Shown here: in pieces, positions 19,357 to 27,199 of the stretch
Position numbering within the stretch: position 1 is the first letter of the stretch
How the letters are laid out: every line of letters begins with the position of its first letter
Assembly (NCBI GenBank): GCA_034101145.1
Contig: JAXEKG010000002.1
Coordinates: forward strand, 81,981 to 145,980
Direction of reading: 5' to 3'
Source: Eubacteriales bacterium
GTDB lineage: Bacteria > Bacillota > Clostridia > Oscillospirales > CAG-272
Length of the DNA: 64,000 nt
The notes under the pieces: model-generated
The model's database searches: none
Told to the model about the DNA's origin: nothing
What the model saw: only the letters and a program-made list of their open reading frames with translations
Program-made: the position numbers and the translations under genes

Positions 19357-19984
19357 AGAGTTAATCAGGCTTGAACACATATCAAAGACATACGGCAACA
19401 AAACTCTTTTCAGCGATTTTTCATATTCGTTTAAGAGTGGCAGAATTTATGAGGTTGTAGGAGATAACGGATGCGGTAAATCAACTCTGCTCCGTATCAT
19501 TTCCTCACTCACATCTTTAGACAGCGGTTTGGTCAGCGTCTCGGAAAAAATCGCGTACGTCTTTCAGGAGCATCGGCTCTTTCCGCATCTCAACGCATAT
19601 GAAAACGCAATAATATCCGCTGTCGCAGTGAATCATAATGACGGTAAGCGACGTGTTGATGAGGACGTTAAAAACAGCGCCAAAGATATTTTGAAACGTT
19701 TCGGCTTTTCGGATTCCGATATGGCAAAAAAACCGTCAGAGCTTTCCGGAGGTATGAAGCAGGCTGTATCAATAGCACGAGCACTATCGAGCGGAAGAAG
19801 AATACTTCTTTTGGACGAGGCAAGCAAAGAACTCGACGAAAATGCCCGTCAAACCCTTTGCAGTTTGCTTTTGAAATTAAAAAGCAATTCTCTTATAATT
19901 TTGGTAACGCATAACCCCGAGGACTTTCCCCTTGCAGACGAAACAATATATCTGCCGTATATGCAAAACACCCAAGTCAAGTAA
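19346..19984 (+). CDS. ABC transporter ATP-binding protein
   Basis: Walker A GDNGCGKST, signature LSGGMKQ, Walker B ILLLDEA and H-loop VTHN are all present. It overlaps the permease gene by 11 nt. Confidence 0.85.
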   Translation: MQNEELIRLEHISKTYGNKTLFSDFSYSFKSGRIYEVVGDNGCGKSTLLRIISSLTSLDSGLVSVSEKIAYVFQEHRLFPHLNAYENAIISAVAVNHNDGKRRVDEDVKNSAKDILKRFGFSDSDMAKKPSELSGGMKQAVSIARALSSGRRILLLDEASKELDENARQTLCSLLLKLKSNSLIILVTHNPEDFPLADETIYLPYMQNTQVK

Positions 19985-20002
19985 TTCACATAGAAATAAA
20001 AA

Positions 20003-20047
20003 GTCTGTCCAAATACCAAACTCACAACACTTGAACAGACTTTTTTC
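20003..20047 (+). terminator. intrinsic terminator after the ABC operon
   Basis: The stem GTCTGTCCAA/TTGAACAGAC has one mismatch and an 18-nt loop, followed by TTTTTTC. Confidence 0.6.
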
Positions 20048-20155
20048 ATATATAATTAGACTGCAACAGTCCGCTGATAACGATTGCAAAAAATAAATAA
20101 CAGTTCGGAGAAACGGCCTTAAATGCAAAATTGAGCATTTTTGACAACCGCTTGT

Positions 20156-20199
20156 TATGAAAAAGGTGCCTCGAATTTGAGGCACCTTTTGGTTTATTG
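20156..20199. terminator. bidirectional intrinsic terminator (serves pyrP)
   Basis: A perfect hairpin AAAAGGTGCCTC-gaattt-GAGGCACCTTTT is flanked by A and T runs on both sides. It sits 15 nt past the pyrP stop. Confidence 0.85.
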
Positions 20200-20204
20200 A
20201 TTTA

Positions 20205-21635
20205 TCACTTCTTATCTTCGGTTTTCTCTTCCATAATGGTACCGAACATTGTTTCCTCGGTGACCTGATTATCATCAACCGGAGTAACTATTTTCTCAAC
20301 GTTTACCTTGCCGGGTTTGAGAAGCAGATTAACGATTATACCGAGGATGAGAGCGCACGCTATGGAAGTAATCTGTACTTTTCCGAAGGAAAGCGTGAGT
20401 CCGCCGATACCCGTTACGAGTATTGAAGATACTATGAAGAGGTTCTTGGAGTTGTCGAGGTCTACATTCTTGAACATGCGCAGACCCGATACTGCGATGA
20501 AACCGTAGAGAGCTATGCAGATGCCGCCTACTACGCAAGCCGGGATGCTCTCAATGAAGAGCATTACGGGATATACGAAAGCGAGCAAAATACACATAAC
20601 GGCAGTCGTGAATATAGTCCAGATTGAAGCATTGCCCGTTATAGCTACGCAACCTACCGATTCGCCATATGTGGTATTGGGGCATCCTCCGAATACTGCA
20701 CCGGCAATCGAGCCGACTCCGTCTCCGAGAAGCGTATTGTCAAGTCCGGGGTCTTTGAGAAGGTCTTTACCGATTACCGAAGAAATATTCTTGTGGTCGG
20801 CTACATGCTCTGCGAATACTACAAGAGCTACGGGAGCGAATGCTACGAAAAGCGATGCAACGCCGGCACCCGTTACGAGGACTTCCTTACCGTCAAGGCC
20901 TGCAATCTCCTTTATTGCTCCTACAAACGTTACGTTAGGAAGCCAGTTCTTTGCTACCGTTATGTTCTGGAAGATTGAGAAGTCTATTATCTTGCACATT
21001 TCGCTGTCAAAGCCATAATAACCGATAAGAGTGATAACTGCTGCAAGAACATAGCCTGCAAGCACGCCGATGACGAACGGGATGAGCTTCATACCCTTAG
21101 TTCCCTTAACGGATACGTATATCGTTACAAGGAAGGTTACTATACCTATCAGAATGCATAAGAGGTTATAGTCTCCTGAAGAAGTGTTCTGAAGATTGCT
21201 TATTGCGGAACCTGAGAGTGAAAGTCCGATGAGAGCAACGGTAGGACCGATGATAACCGGAGGCATAAGCTTGTTTATCCAGTTAACTCCTACCTTCTTT
21301 ATTATTATAGCGATTACAACGTATACAAGACCCGCAAATACAGAGCCGAGTATAACGCCGCAGTAACCGTATGTAACAGCGGTTGCGAGAGGAGCTATGA
21401 ATGCGAAAGAGGAACCGAGGAACACAGGGCTCTTCATTCTCGTGAATGCGATGTACACGAGTGTTCCGACGCCTGCGCCGATGAGTGCTGCCGACTGGCT
21501 GAGGATGAGTCCGGTAGAATCCGAAAGAATCGGGACGAGTATCGTTGCCGCGATAATTGCGAGAAGCTGCTGGAACGCGTAAATAAGGTTTTTGCCAAAT
21601 TTGGGTTTGTCGCTTACTTGGTAAACTAAGTTCAT
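20205..21635 (-). CDS. pyrP: uracil permease (NCS2 family)
   Basis: A 476-aa polytopic protein. The block FAEHVADHKNISSVIGKDLLKDPGLDNTLLGDGVGSIAGAVFGGCPNTTYGESVGCVAIT closely parallels the UraA/PyrP signature region. CGGAGG precedes the ATG. Confidence 0.85.
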   Translation of the reverse strand: MNLVYQVSDKPKFGKNLIYAFQQLLAIIAATILVPILSDSTGLILSQSAALIGAGVGTLVYIAFTRMKSPVFLGSSFAFIAPLATAVTYGYCGVILGSVFAGLVYVVIAIIIKKVGVNWINKLMPPVIIGPTVALIGLSLSGSAISNLQNTSSGDYNLLCILIGIVTFLVTIYVSVKGTKGMKLIPFVIGVLAGYVLAAVITLIGYYGFDSEMCKIIDFSIFQNITVAKNWLPNVTFVGAIKEIAGLDGKEVLVTGAGVASLFVAFAPVALVVFAEHVADHKNISSVIGKDLLKDPGLDNTLLGDGVGSIAGAVFGGCPNTTYGESVGCVAITGNASIWTIFTTAVMCILLAFVYPVMLFIESIPACVVGGICIALYGFIAVSGLRMFKNVDLDNSKNLFIVSSILVTGIGGLTLSFGKVQITSIACALILGIIVNLLLKPGKVNVEKIVTPVDDNQVTEETMFGTIMEEKTEDKK

Positions 21636-21685
21636 GTTAAACCTCCGAAATATTTACTTTCCTAAACAAACAGTCAAGCCGGTTG

Positions 21686-21795
21686 CAAAAAAAAATCCTG
21701 CTCGTCGGCAAGATACAGAAATGCGGTACAGTCATCGCAAAACTGACACGCAAATTATGTAAATCTTGTCGGCATCTCTGTGCCCACTTAAAGAC
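21686..21795 (-). promoter_or_regulatory. candidate PyrR-type transcription attenuator in the pyrP leader
   Basis: The leader RNA contains GUCUUUAAGUGGGCACAGAGAUGCCGACAAGAU (21763-21795). It folds as lower stem GUCUU/AAGAU, a UAA bulge, an upper stem and a CAGAGA loop. An intrinsic terminator AUCUUGC-CGACGA-GCAGGAU plus U9 follows at 21686-21714, 50 nt before the start codon. Confidence 0.45.
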
Positions 21796-21815
21796 TTAAT
21801 TTGTTTATCGAAAGT

Positions 21816-21844
21816 ATTATAGCACGCATTTTCGCAATTGTAAA
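21816..21844 (-). promoter_or_regulatory. sigma-A-type promoter for pyrP
   Basis: The minus strand reads TTTACA (21839-21844), a 17-nt spacer ending in TGc, then TATAAT (21816-21821). Confidence 0.7.
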
Positions 21845-21969
21845 GACCTTTCGCGAAAAAAATCGAAAAAAATTTTTTTCTTATTTTTCATAAATTACAG
21901 TAAAATTCTTGAAATATTCACAAAAGTATGGTAACATAATGCTATATGTTATAAAACGGAGGAAAATAA

Positions 21970-22410
21970 ATGTTTGCACTTTCACTTTTTGCAGTAAATC
22001 AGACAGTAATAACAATAGTTATGTTCGCCGTAATTATTGTTGTATTCTACTTCTTTCTCATACGCCCCCAGAAAAAACAGGAACAGGCGCAGCAGAAGAT
22101 GAGAAACGAGCTTATGGTCGGAGACGAAATAACGACAATCGGCGGTATAATAGGAAAAATCACAAGTATCAAGGGCGAGACCGTCACCATCGAGACGAGC
22201 AAAGATAAAACCAAGATACGTTTTCTCAAAACCGCAATCCGCTCCGTAGACGTAAAGGCCGAAGAATCCGTAGTTCCCGTCAAGACGCTTGATAAAGCAG
22301 AAGAAAAGGATAAGGCAGATTCGGATGCAGTATCCGAAGATACGGCAAACGTTGAGAATGGCGAAGCAACCGACGGCGCAGACCTCAAGAAAGAGACCGA
22401 CAACAAATAA
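21970..22410 (+). CDS. yajC: preprotein translocase subunit YajC
   Basis: One TM helix is followed by the YajC core (LIRPQKKQEQAQQKMRNELMVGDEITTIGGIIGKITSIKGETVTIE). ACGGAGG precedes the ATG. A ~50-aa acidic tail follows the core. Confidence 0.85.
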   Translation: MFALSLFAVNQTVITIVMFAVIIVVFYFFLIRPQKKQEQAQQKMRNELMVGDEITTIGGIIGKITSIKGETVTIETSKDKTKIRFLKTAIRSVDVKAEESVVPVKTLDKAEEKDKADSDAVSEDTANVENGEATDGADLKKETDNK

Positions 22411-22438
22411 TTCTAAGATAAGAAGCATAAAAATAATT

Positions 22439-22484
22439 CCCCCGGAATATAGTGTTGTGTAACACTTTTCCGGGGGTTTGTATT
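22439..22484 (+). terminator. strong hairpin after yajC (terminator-like, weak U tract)
   Basis: A 9-bp outer stem CCCCCGGAA/TTCCGGGGG encloses a 6-bp inner stem AGTGTT/AACACT, followed by TTTGTATT. Confidence 0.55.
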
Positions 22485-22913
22485 ATGACTAGAAATCAAG
22501 CGAAGAAAAACGGCACATCGCATATAATACGAGAAATCATAACGTCGATTCTTATATCTATGATAATAAGCTTTATCCTGATTCTGATATTATGCACGGT
22601 GGCATATCAGACGGACAATCCGAACAGATACATACGTCCTCTTTCATACGTAGCTCTCGGTGCATCATCCCTCATATGCGGATTCGTGAGTTCAAAGAGA
22701 ATAGGAATGTCCTCTCTCATATCCGGACTCATCGGCGGTCTTGTGTATTCGGTCATAATGTTTCTCGCTTCATTACCGTTGGAGAACACGGGCAATCATC
22801 ACTTTGGCATCAGTATCCTGATTTACGTAGCCTTCATCGTTTTGTCGTGTGTCGGAGGTATAATAGGCGGTGCAAGAAAAATAAGCGGAAAGCGAAGAAA
22901 ATACCGTCACTGA
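22485..22913 (+). CDS. small membrane protein (YrzE/TIGR04086-like, tentative)
   Basis: A 142-aa protein with 3-4 TM segments that follows yajC as yrzE does in Bacilli. The track start GTG 22452 lies inside the hairpin, so ATG 22485 is preferred. Confidence 0.5.
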   Translation: MTRNQAKKNGTSHIIREIITSILISMIISFILILILCTVAYQTDNPNRYIRPLSYVALGASSLICGFVSSKRIGMSSLISGLIGGLVYSVIMFLASLPLENTGNHHFGISILIYVAFIVLSCVGGIIGGARKISGKRRKYRH

Positions 22914-22926
22914 TAAAAAATTAACC

Positions 22927-24183
22927 TCAGAGTTCCCCCTCCCGCACACAAGCTCCGATAGAGGAGAGCTTACCTGAAATGTCCTCGTATCCGCGTTTAA
23001 TCAGTTCAGAGGAAGTAATACGGCTCTTTCCATCGGCGCAAAGTGCAGCGATAATTAAGGCGGCCCCCGCACGAAGATCGATTGCCTCAACGGTTGCGGC
23101 GTGAAGTCTGTCTACCCCGCATATTATAGCGCTGTCGCCGTTGATTTCTATATTCGCACCCATTTTGATGAGTTCACCTGCATATCTGAACCGTGCATGC
23201 CATACACGTTCATCTATTCTGCTACTGCCTCTCGCCATGCACATAAGAGTGGAAAACTGAGGTTGCATATCTGTGGGGAAAGAGGGGTATACTCCGGTTG
23301 AAATATCGGTTGCTTCCAATCTGTCTCTGCGTACAGTAACCATATTGCCGTCGTATATATTTATATCGGCACCCGCCTCTTTAAGCTTTGACATAACGCT
23401 CTCCAGATGATTTATGGGGGCAGATATAATTTCAATACTCTTGCCTATCGCCGCGCCTATCGTCATATAGGTGGCAGCCTCTATCATATCAGGTATAATA
23501 CGGTATTCGCAGCCGTGAAGTGACAAAACGCCGTCGATGATTATTTTATTGCTTCCTATACCGTGAATTTCGGCGCCGCATTTATTAAGAAAATTACACA
23601 AGTCGCAGACGTGCGGTTCTCTCGCCGCACCGCAAAGAACGGTTCTTCCTTCCGCAAGAACCGCACACAAAATCGCGTTTACGGTTGCTCCCACCGATAC
23701 GGTATCGAAGTTGATTCTGTTTCCGGTCAGTTTGTTTGCGCACATAACAAAACTTGTCGGCGTATAGTTAACGGTTGCTCCAAAGGCACGGAATGCCTTG
23801 ATATGCTGATCAATCGGTCGTGTACCGAAGTTGCAGCCGCCTATCTCACCGATTTTTGCTCTGTTGAATCTTCCCATCTCGGCGCCGAGCAAATAATATG
23901 AACCTCGCATGCTCCTTATGAGGTCCTGCGATACTTCTCCGAAGTCGGCACTCCTTGTATCTATCTCATATGTATCCTCACCCATATGCGTAACAGTGGC
24001 TCCCATCTCCCGCAGAATGTCGAGGGTTACCCATACGTCGCTTATATCAGGTATATTGCTGATGACCACAACGTCATTGACGAGTAACGTTGCGTAAAGA
24101 ATGGGGAGAGCCGCATTTTTGAATCCCGAAACTTTTATTTGTCCTTCGAGGGGTACGCCCCCGTTTATATCTATATAGTTCAT
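22927..24183 (-). CDS. murA: UDP-N-acetylglucosamine 1-carboxyvinyltransferase
   Basis: ATG 24183 (MNYIDINGGVPLEG) gives 419 aa. The active-site loop IGGCNFGTRPIDQHI is present and GGAGGG lies upstream. The track start is TTG. Confidence 0.92.
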   Translation of the reverse strand: MNYIDINGGVPLEGQIKVSGFKNAALPILYATLLVNDVVVISNIPDISDVWVTLDILREMGATVTHMGEDTYEIDTRSADFGEVSQDLIRSMRGSYYLLGAEMGRFNRAKIGEIGGCNFGTRPIDQHIKAFRAFGATVNYTPTSFVMCANKLTGNRINFDTVSVGATVNAILCAVLAEGRTVLCGAAREPHVCDLCNFLNKCGAEIHGIGSNKIIIDGVLSLHGCEYRIIPDMIEAATYMTIGAAIGKSIEIISAPINHLESVMSKLKEAGADINIYDGNMVTVRRDRLEATDISTGVYPSFPTDMQPQFSTLMCMARGSSRIDERVWHARFRYAGELIKMGANIEINGDSAIICGVDRLHAATVEAIDLRAGAALIIAALCADGKSRITSSELIKRGYEDISGKLSSIGACVREGEL

Positions 24184-24214
24184 ACTTCGTATGTCCCTCC
24201 GGGGTATCAAAATC

Positions 24215-24250
24215 AAATAAGAAAATAAGGAAGGTTTACGCCTTCCTTAT
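24215..24250 (-). terminator. intrinsic terminator after the DUF3810 gene, immediately upstream of murA
   Basis: A perfect 10-bp stem ATAAGGAAGG/CCTTCCTTAT with a 6-nt loop. On the minus strand it is followed by UUUCUUAUUU. Confidence 0.7.
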
Positions 24251-24313
24251 CATTATATTCAATCGTTTTTTTACTGCCACATGGCAAAAACTCAACCGAG
24301 CCTTACGTCGCTT

Positions 24314-25456
24314 TTACTCCTGTTCTATATATGAAAGATAATATGCGACCGTCAAATCGGTAACCATTCCGTAACTTACGCGTCCCTGCGTTCCCTGACT
24401 CTTCAAATATGTGTCGTTAACTCGAGAGCTCACCTCGCCTATAGGATTGTCTGCATATTTTATATAGTAATTATAGTAAGCGAGACGGTCCTTGTAAACC
24501 TCTTTGGGGTAATCGCATGAGAGACGATACAATTCGGTGTTCGCTTTGTAAAGCGAATTCTGAACGTACTCGAACATTTCGAGATAAGCGCTGTATCTGA
24601 TATATGTGTCGTCTGATTCAAGACATACCAGAAACGCCATAAAATTTGCCTCATCCTCGCGCGCGATTCCCCGCTGATGTGCCATCTCGTGAGCCATGGT
24701 ATACGGAGTAGTATAGTCCGGAGGATTCGTATTTACGTTCGCCTCGCCGGTAAAATAGGAATAGACGCCGAGTATATGAAGGTAGGACATATATTCACCG
24801 GACGCAACCTCCTTGACTCTGCTGTCGAAATTATCTATGAAATCATACTTTTCCTTTGCCTTATCATAAGCAACGAGGAGCTTATCGTTCAGTTCCGAAA
24901 AGGAATACGGCATAATCGATGCACCGTCCTCCCCGTATACGATATCATCACACAACTCGGACAATTCGCCCGAGAGCCACCTTGACGTTTTGTATAATTC
25001 ACTTGCGGATACGTCTTTCTTTTCAAGCGACAGCTTTTTATCAAGAGATTCTCCCCTATAACCGCAGGCAAACGTAAAAACGAAAAGTGCATACAGAAGC
25101 ATTATGGTTCCGAGAAGAGAGCAGATTATCCTTATACCCGTTTTTTTGTCAGATTTACGTTTGAACAGGATGCAAATTAAAAATACTGCGAAAAAAGGGA
25201 GGATATAAACCAACATTTCCGCAACGGAAAAAGAAAAAATATTCGTTATATAGGCAAGCAGCCGCCTGAAAACCGGCGATATACGGTTATTAAAAAAATC
25301 GGCAAACGACGACGAAAATGATGAAATTATTCGGACAGGCAGACAAAATAAAAATACCCCTGCGCAAATGCGCGCAAAAAGAGGGATATTCTCTTCTATT
25401 CTTCTCTTTATCGGCAAAGACGATATTTTGTTTTCTCTTACTTTTTCCGTTTTCAT
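24314..25456 (-). CDS. DUF3810-like membrane zinc metallopeptidase
   Basis: N-terminal TM helices are followed by the HExxH motif HEMAHQRG. ATG 25456 has GGGAAAGG upstream, and the track start is TTG. Confidence 0.6.
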   Translation of the reverse strand: MKTEKVRENKISSLPIKRRIEENIPLFARICAGVFLFCLPVRIISSFSSSFADFFNNRISPVFRRLLAYITNIFSFSVAEMLVYILPFFAVFLICILFKRKSDKKTGIRIICSLLGTIMLLYALFVFTFACGYRGESLDKKLSLEKKDVSASELYKTSRWLSGELSELCDDIVYGEDGASIMPYSFSELNDKLLVAYDKAKEKYDFIDNFDSRVKEVASGEYMSYLHILGVYSYFTGEANVNTNPPDYTTPYTMAHEMAHQRGIAREDEANFMAFLVCLESDDTYIRYSAYLEMFEYVQNSLYKANTELYRLSCDYPKEVYKDRLAYYNYYIKYADNPIGEVSSRVNDTYLKSQGTQGRVSYGMVTDLTVAYYLSYIEQE

Positions 25457-25502
25457 ATCGACACTCGCCTTTCCCAATAATGAATTGATAATAACACTGC
25501 CG

Positions 25503-26477
25503 TTATCGTATAGATTCGGAGTTTTTCAATCTCGCATTTCTCGTAAAAATGCTTATTACAATGAATGAAAGGATGAGAACCAGAGTAACCGCAAGACCGC
25601 CCTCAGGTCCGAATTCTCCGCCGTTTATAAGTTTATGCATATCTCCCTCTACCGAAAGAAGAGAGTCTGACATAGCAAATCCGCTGACCCTCATACCGAA
25701 AATATTTCCCTCGACAAAGTTCCAGAAGGTATGCAAAGCGCATGAAAACCATATGCTGTTTGTCATGACGATAATAAGTGCGTTGAGCGATGAAAACAAG
25801 AATAAATTCAACATTGAAACAGGAGAGATTGCAGTATTGGATATGTGCAGAAGCGAAAATACAACCGAACTGACTATTATCGAGAACGGCAAAGAATATC
25901 TTTCCGACATACCGACCATAAAATACCCGTGAATCAGTATCTCTTCGGCAGCACCCTGTATCATATAAGCAAGCAGAAAAAGCAGAATTATTCCTATATT
26001 ATATTCGCCTCTGCCGACAAGGGTATCGGCTCCCGTTATTATACATATGAACACGGAAAGTGTTATGAGTACCGTACCTACGACAGCCCCCATCACGTAA
26101 TACACTATTGCACCGCGTCTTCCCAAGCCGAGCGAGAAAAAGCTTCTTTTATCCGCAAAGCGTGCATAAACGACTACAACCGCAATTATAGCCGCCTCGG
26201 AAAACAGAGATGTCAATATATAACCGCGCGTTGAGGAAAGCCCGTTATAAAGAGCATCAATTGCGAGGCGGAATTCTTCGGTGGCGGGGCTGTAATTTGA
26301 TATTATATCCAAATAAGGAGAAAATATCCGAACCATAGTATATATCCATACCGGAACTGCCGATGCAATTGCGGAGATGGCGTATACTATGACAAAGGAA
26401 ATAAGGGGATGTATACGTCTTTTTCCGCTTGGATTTTGCATTGCCGCTTTTCGCAATTCAAAGCCGTTGCCTAACAT
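25503..26477 (-). CDS. CPBP-family intramembrane glutamic endopeptidase
   Basis: The CPBP motifs are AAEEILIHGYF (the EExxxR position has His), FSLLH and HTFWNF. ATG 26477 has AGGGGG upstream. Confidence 0.75.
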   Translation of the reverse strand: MLGNGFELRKAAMQNPSGKRRIHPLISFVIVYAISAIASAVPVWIYTMVRIFSPYLDIISNYSPATEEFRLAIDALYNGLSSTRGYILTSLFSEAAIIAVVVVYARFADKRSFFSLGLGRRGAIVYYVMGAVVGTVLITLSVFICIITGADTLVGRGEYNIGIILLFLLAYMIQGAAEEILIHGYFMVGMSERYSLPFSIIVSSVVFSLLHISNTAISPVSMLNLFLFSSLNALIIVMTNSIWFSCALHTFWNFVEGNIFGMRVSGFAMSDSLLSVEGDMHKLINGGEFGPEGGLAVTLVLILSFIVISIFTRNARLKNSESIR

Positions 26478-26566
26478 ACATATCCCCCTTTTTGGCACAT
26501 CTGCTATTATTTCTTTTTCAATATGTCAACATATATTTTAATCATATATTTTTATGGCAATTATAC

Positions 26567-27082
26567 TTATATCTTACATTTTTGTGAATTTTTTCTTTTT
26601 CGGGCATGTTCGGTTATTATAAGCACAATACTGATTAAGACATATAACAATACAAAGTAAACGGCAAATCCGCATACGTCTATCAGAACGTCGATAAGTG
26701 AATTTCCCCTACCGGTGAAATACTGAATCCCCTCATCGCAAAAAGCGATTAAAGCGCCGAAAGAAAATCCCAAAAGAACACATGGAAGCTTCCTATGACA
26801 GGTTATTACCCAAAGATACGTAACTACCTCCATTCCAAGCATACCGTATTCCGTAAAATGCGCTATTTTTCTTATATACTTTACTATCAAGTCGGTTGTT
26901 GCGCTCGGAGGAAGAACTTCTTTGATTATTTTTGTGACACCGTCACTGACGCCCGAAGATTCTGCCTTTGAGAGAACAGAATTACCCCATATAAAACTTA
27001 CGGTAAGCGATACTGCCACAAAAATAAGCGCACGAAGATAATACCTGATTATTTCTTTTTGTATTCCGGCATTCTCGTCCAT
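26567..27082 (-). CDS. VanZ-family membrane protein
   Basis: The VanZ signature KIAHFTEYGMLG is present with four TM segments. ATG 27082 has GGAGGAGGG upstream, and the track start is an upstream extension. Confidence 0.75.
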   Translation of the reverse strand: MDENAGIQKEIIRYYLRALIFVAVSLTVSFIWGNSVLSKAESSGVSDGVTKIIKEVLPPSATTDLIVKYIRKIAHFTEYGMLGMEVVTYLWVITCHRKLPCVLLGFSFGALIAFCDEGIQYFTGRGNSLIDVLIDVCGFAVYFVLLYVLISIVLIITEHARKRKNSQKCKI

Positions 27083-27199
27083 ATTCCCTCCTCCGGCAAT
27101 CATTGAAACCGCAAAATAAAATTTATTATAATAAATATAACATAAGTTAATTAATAAATACACGCAAATTTATTAATAAATATTGATTAACACTTTATT

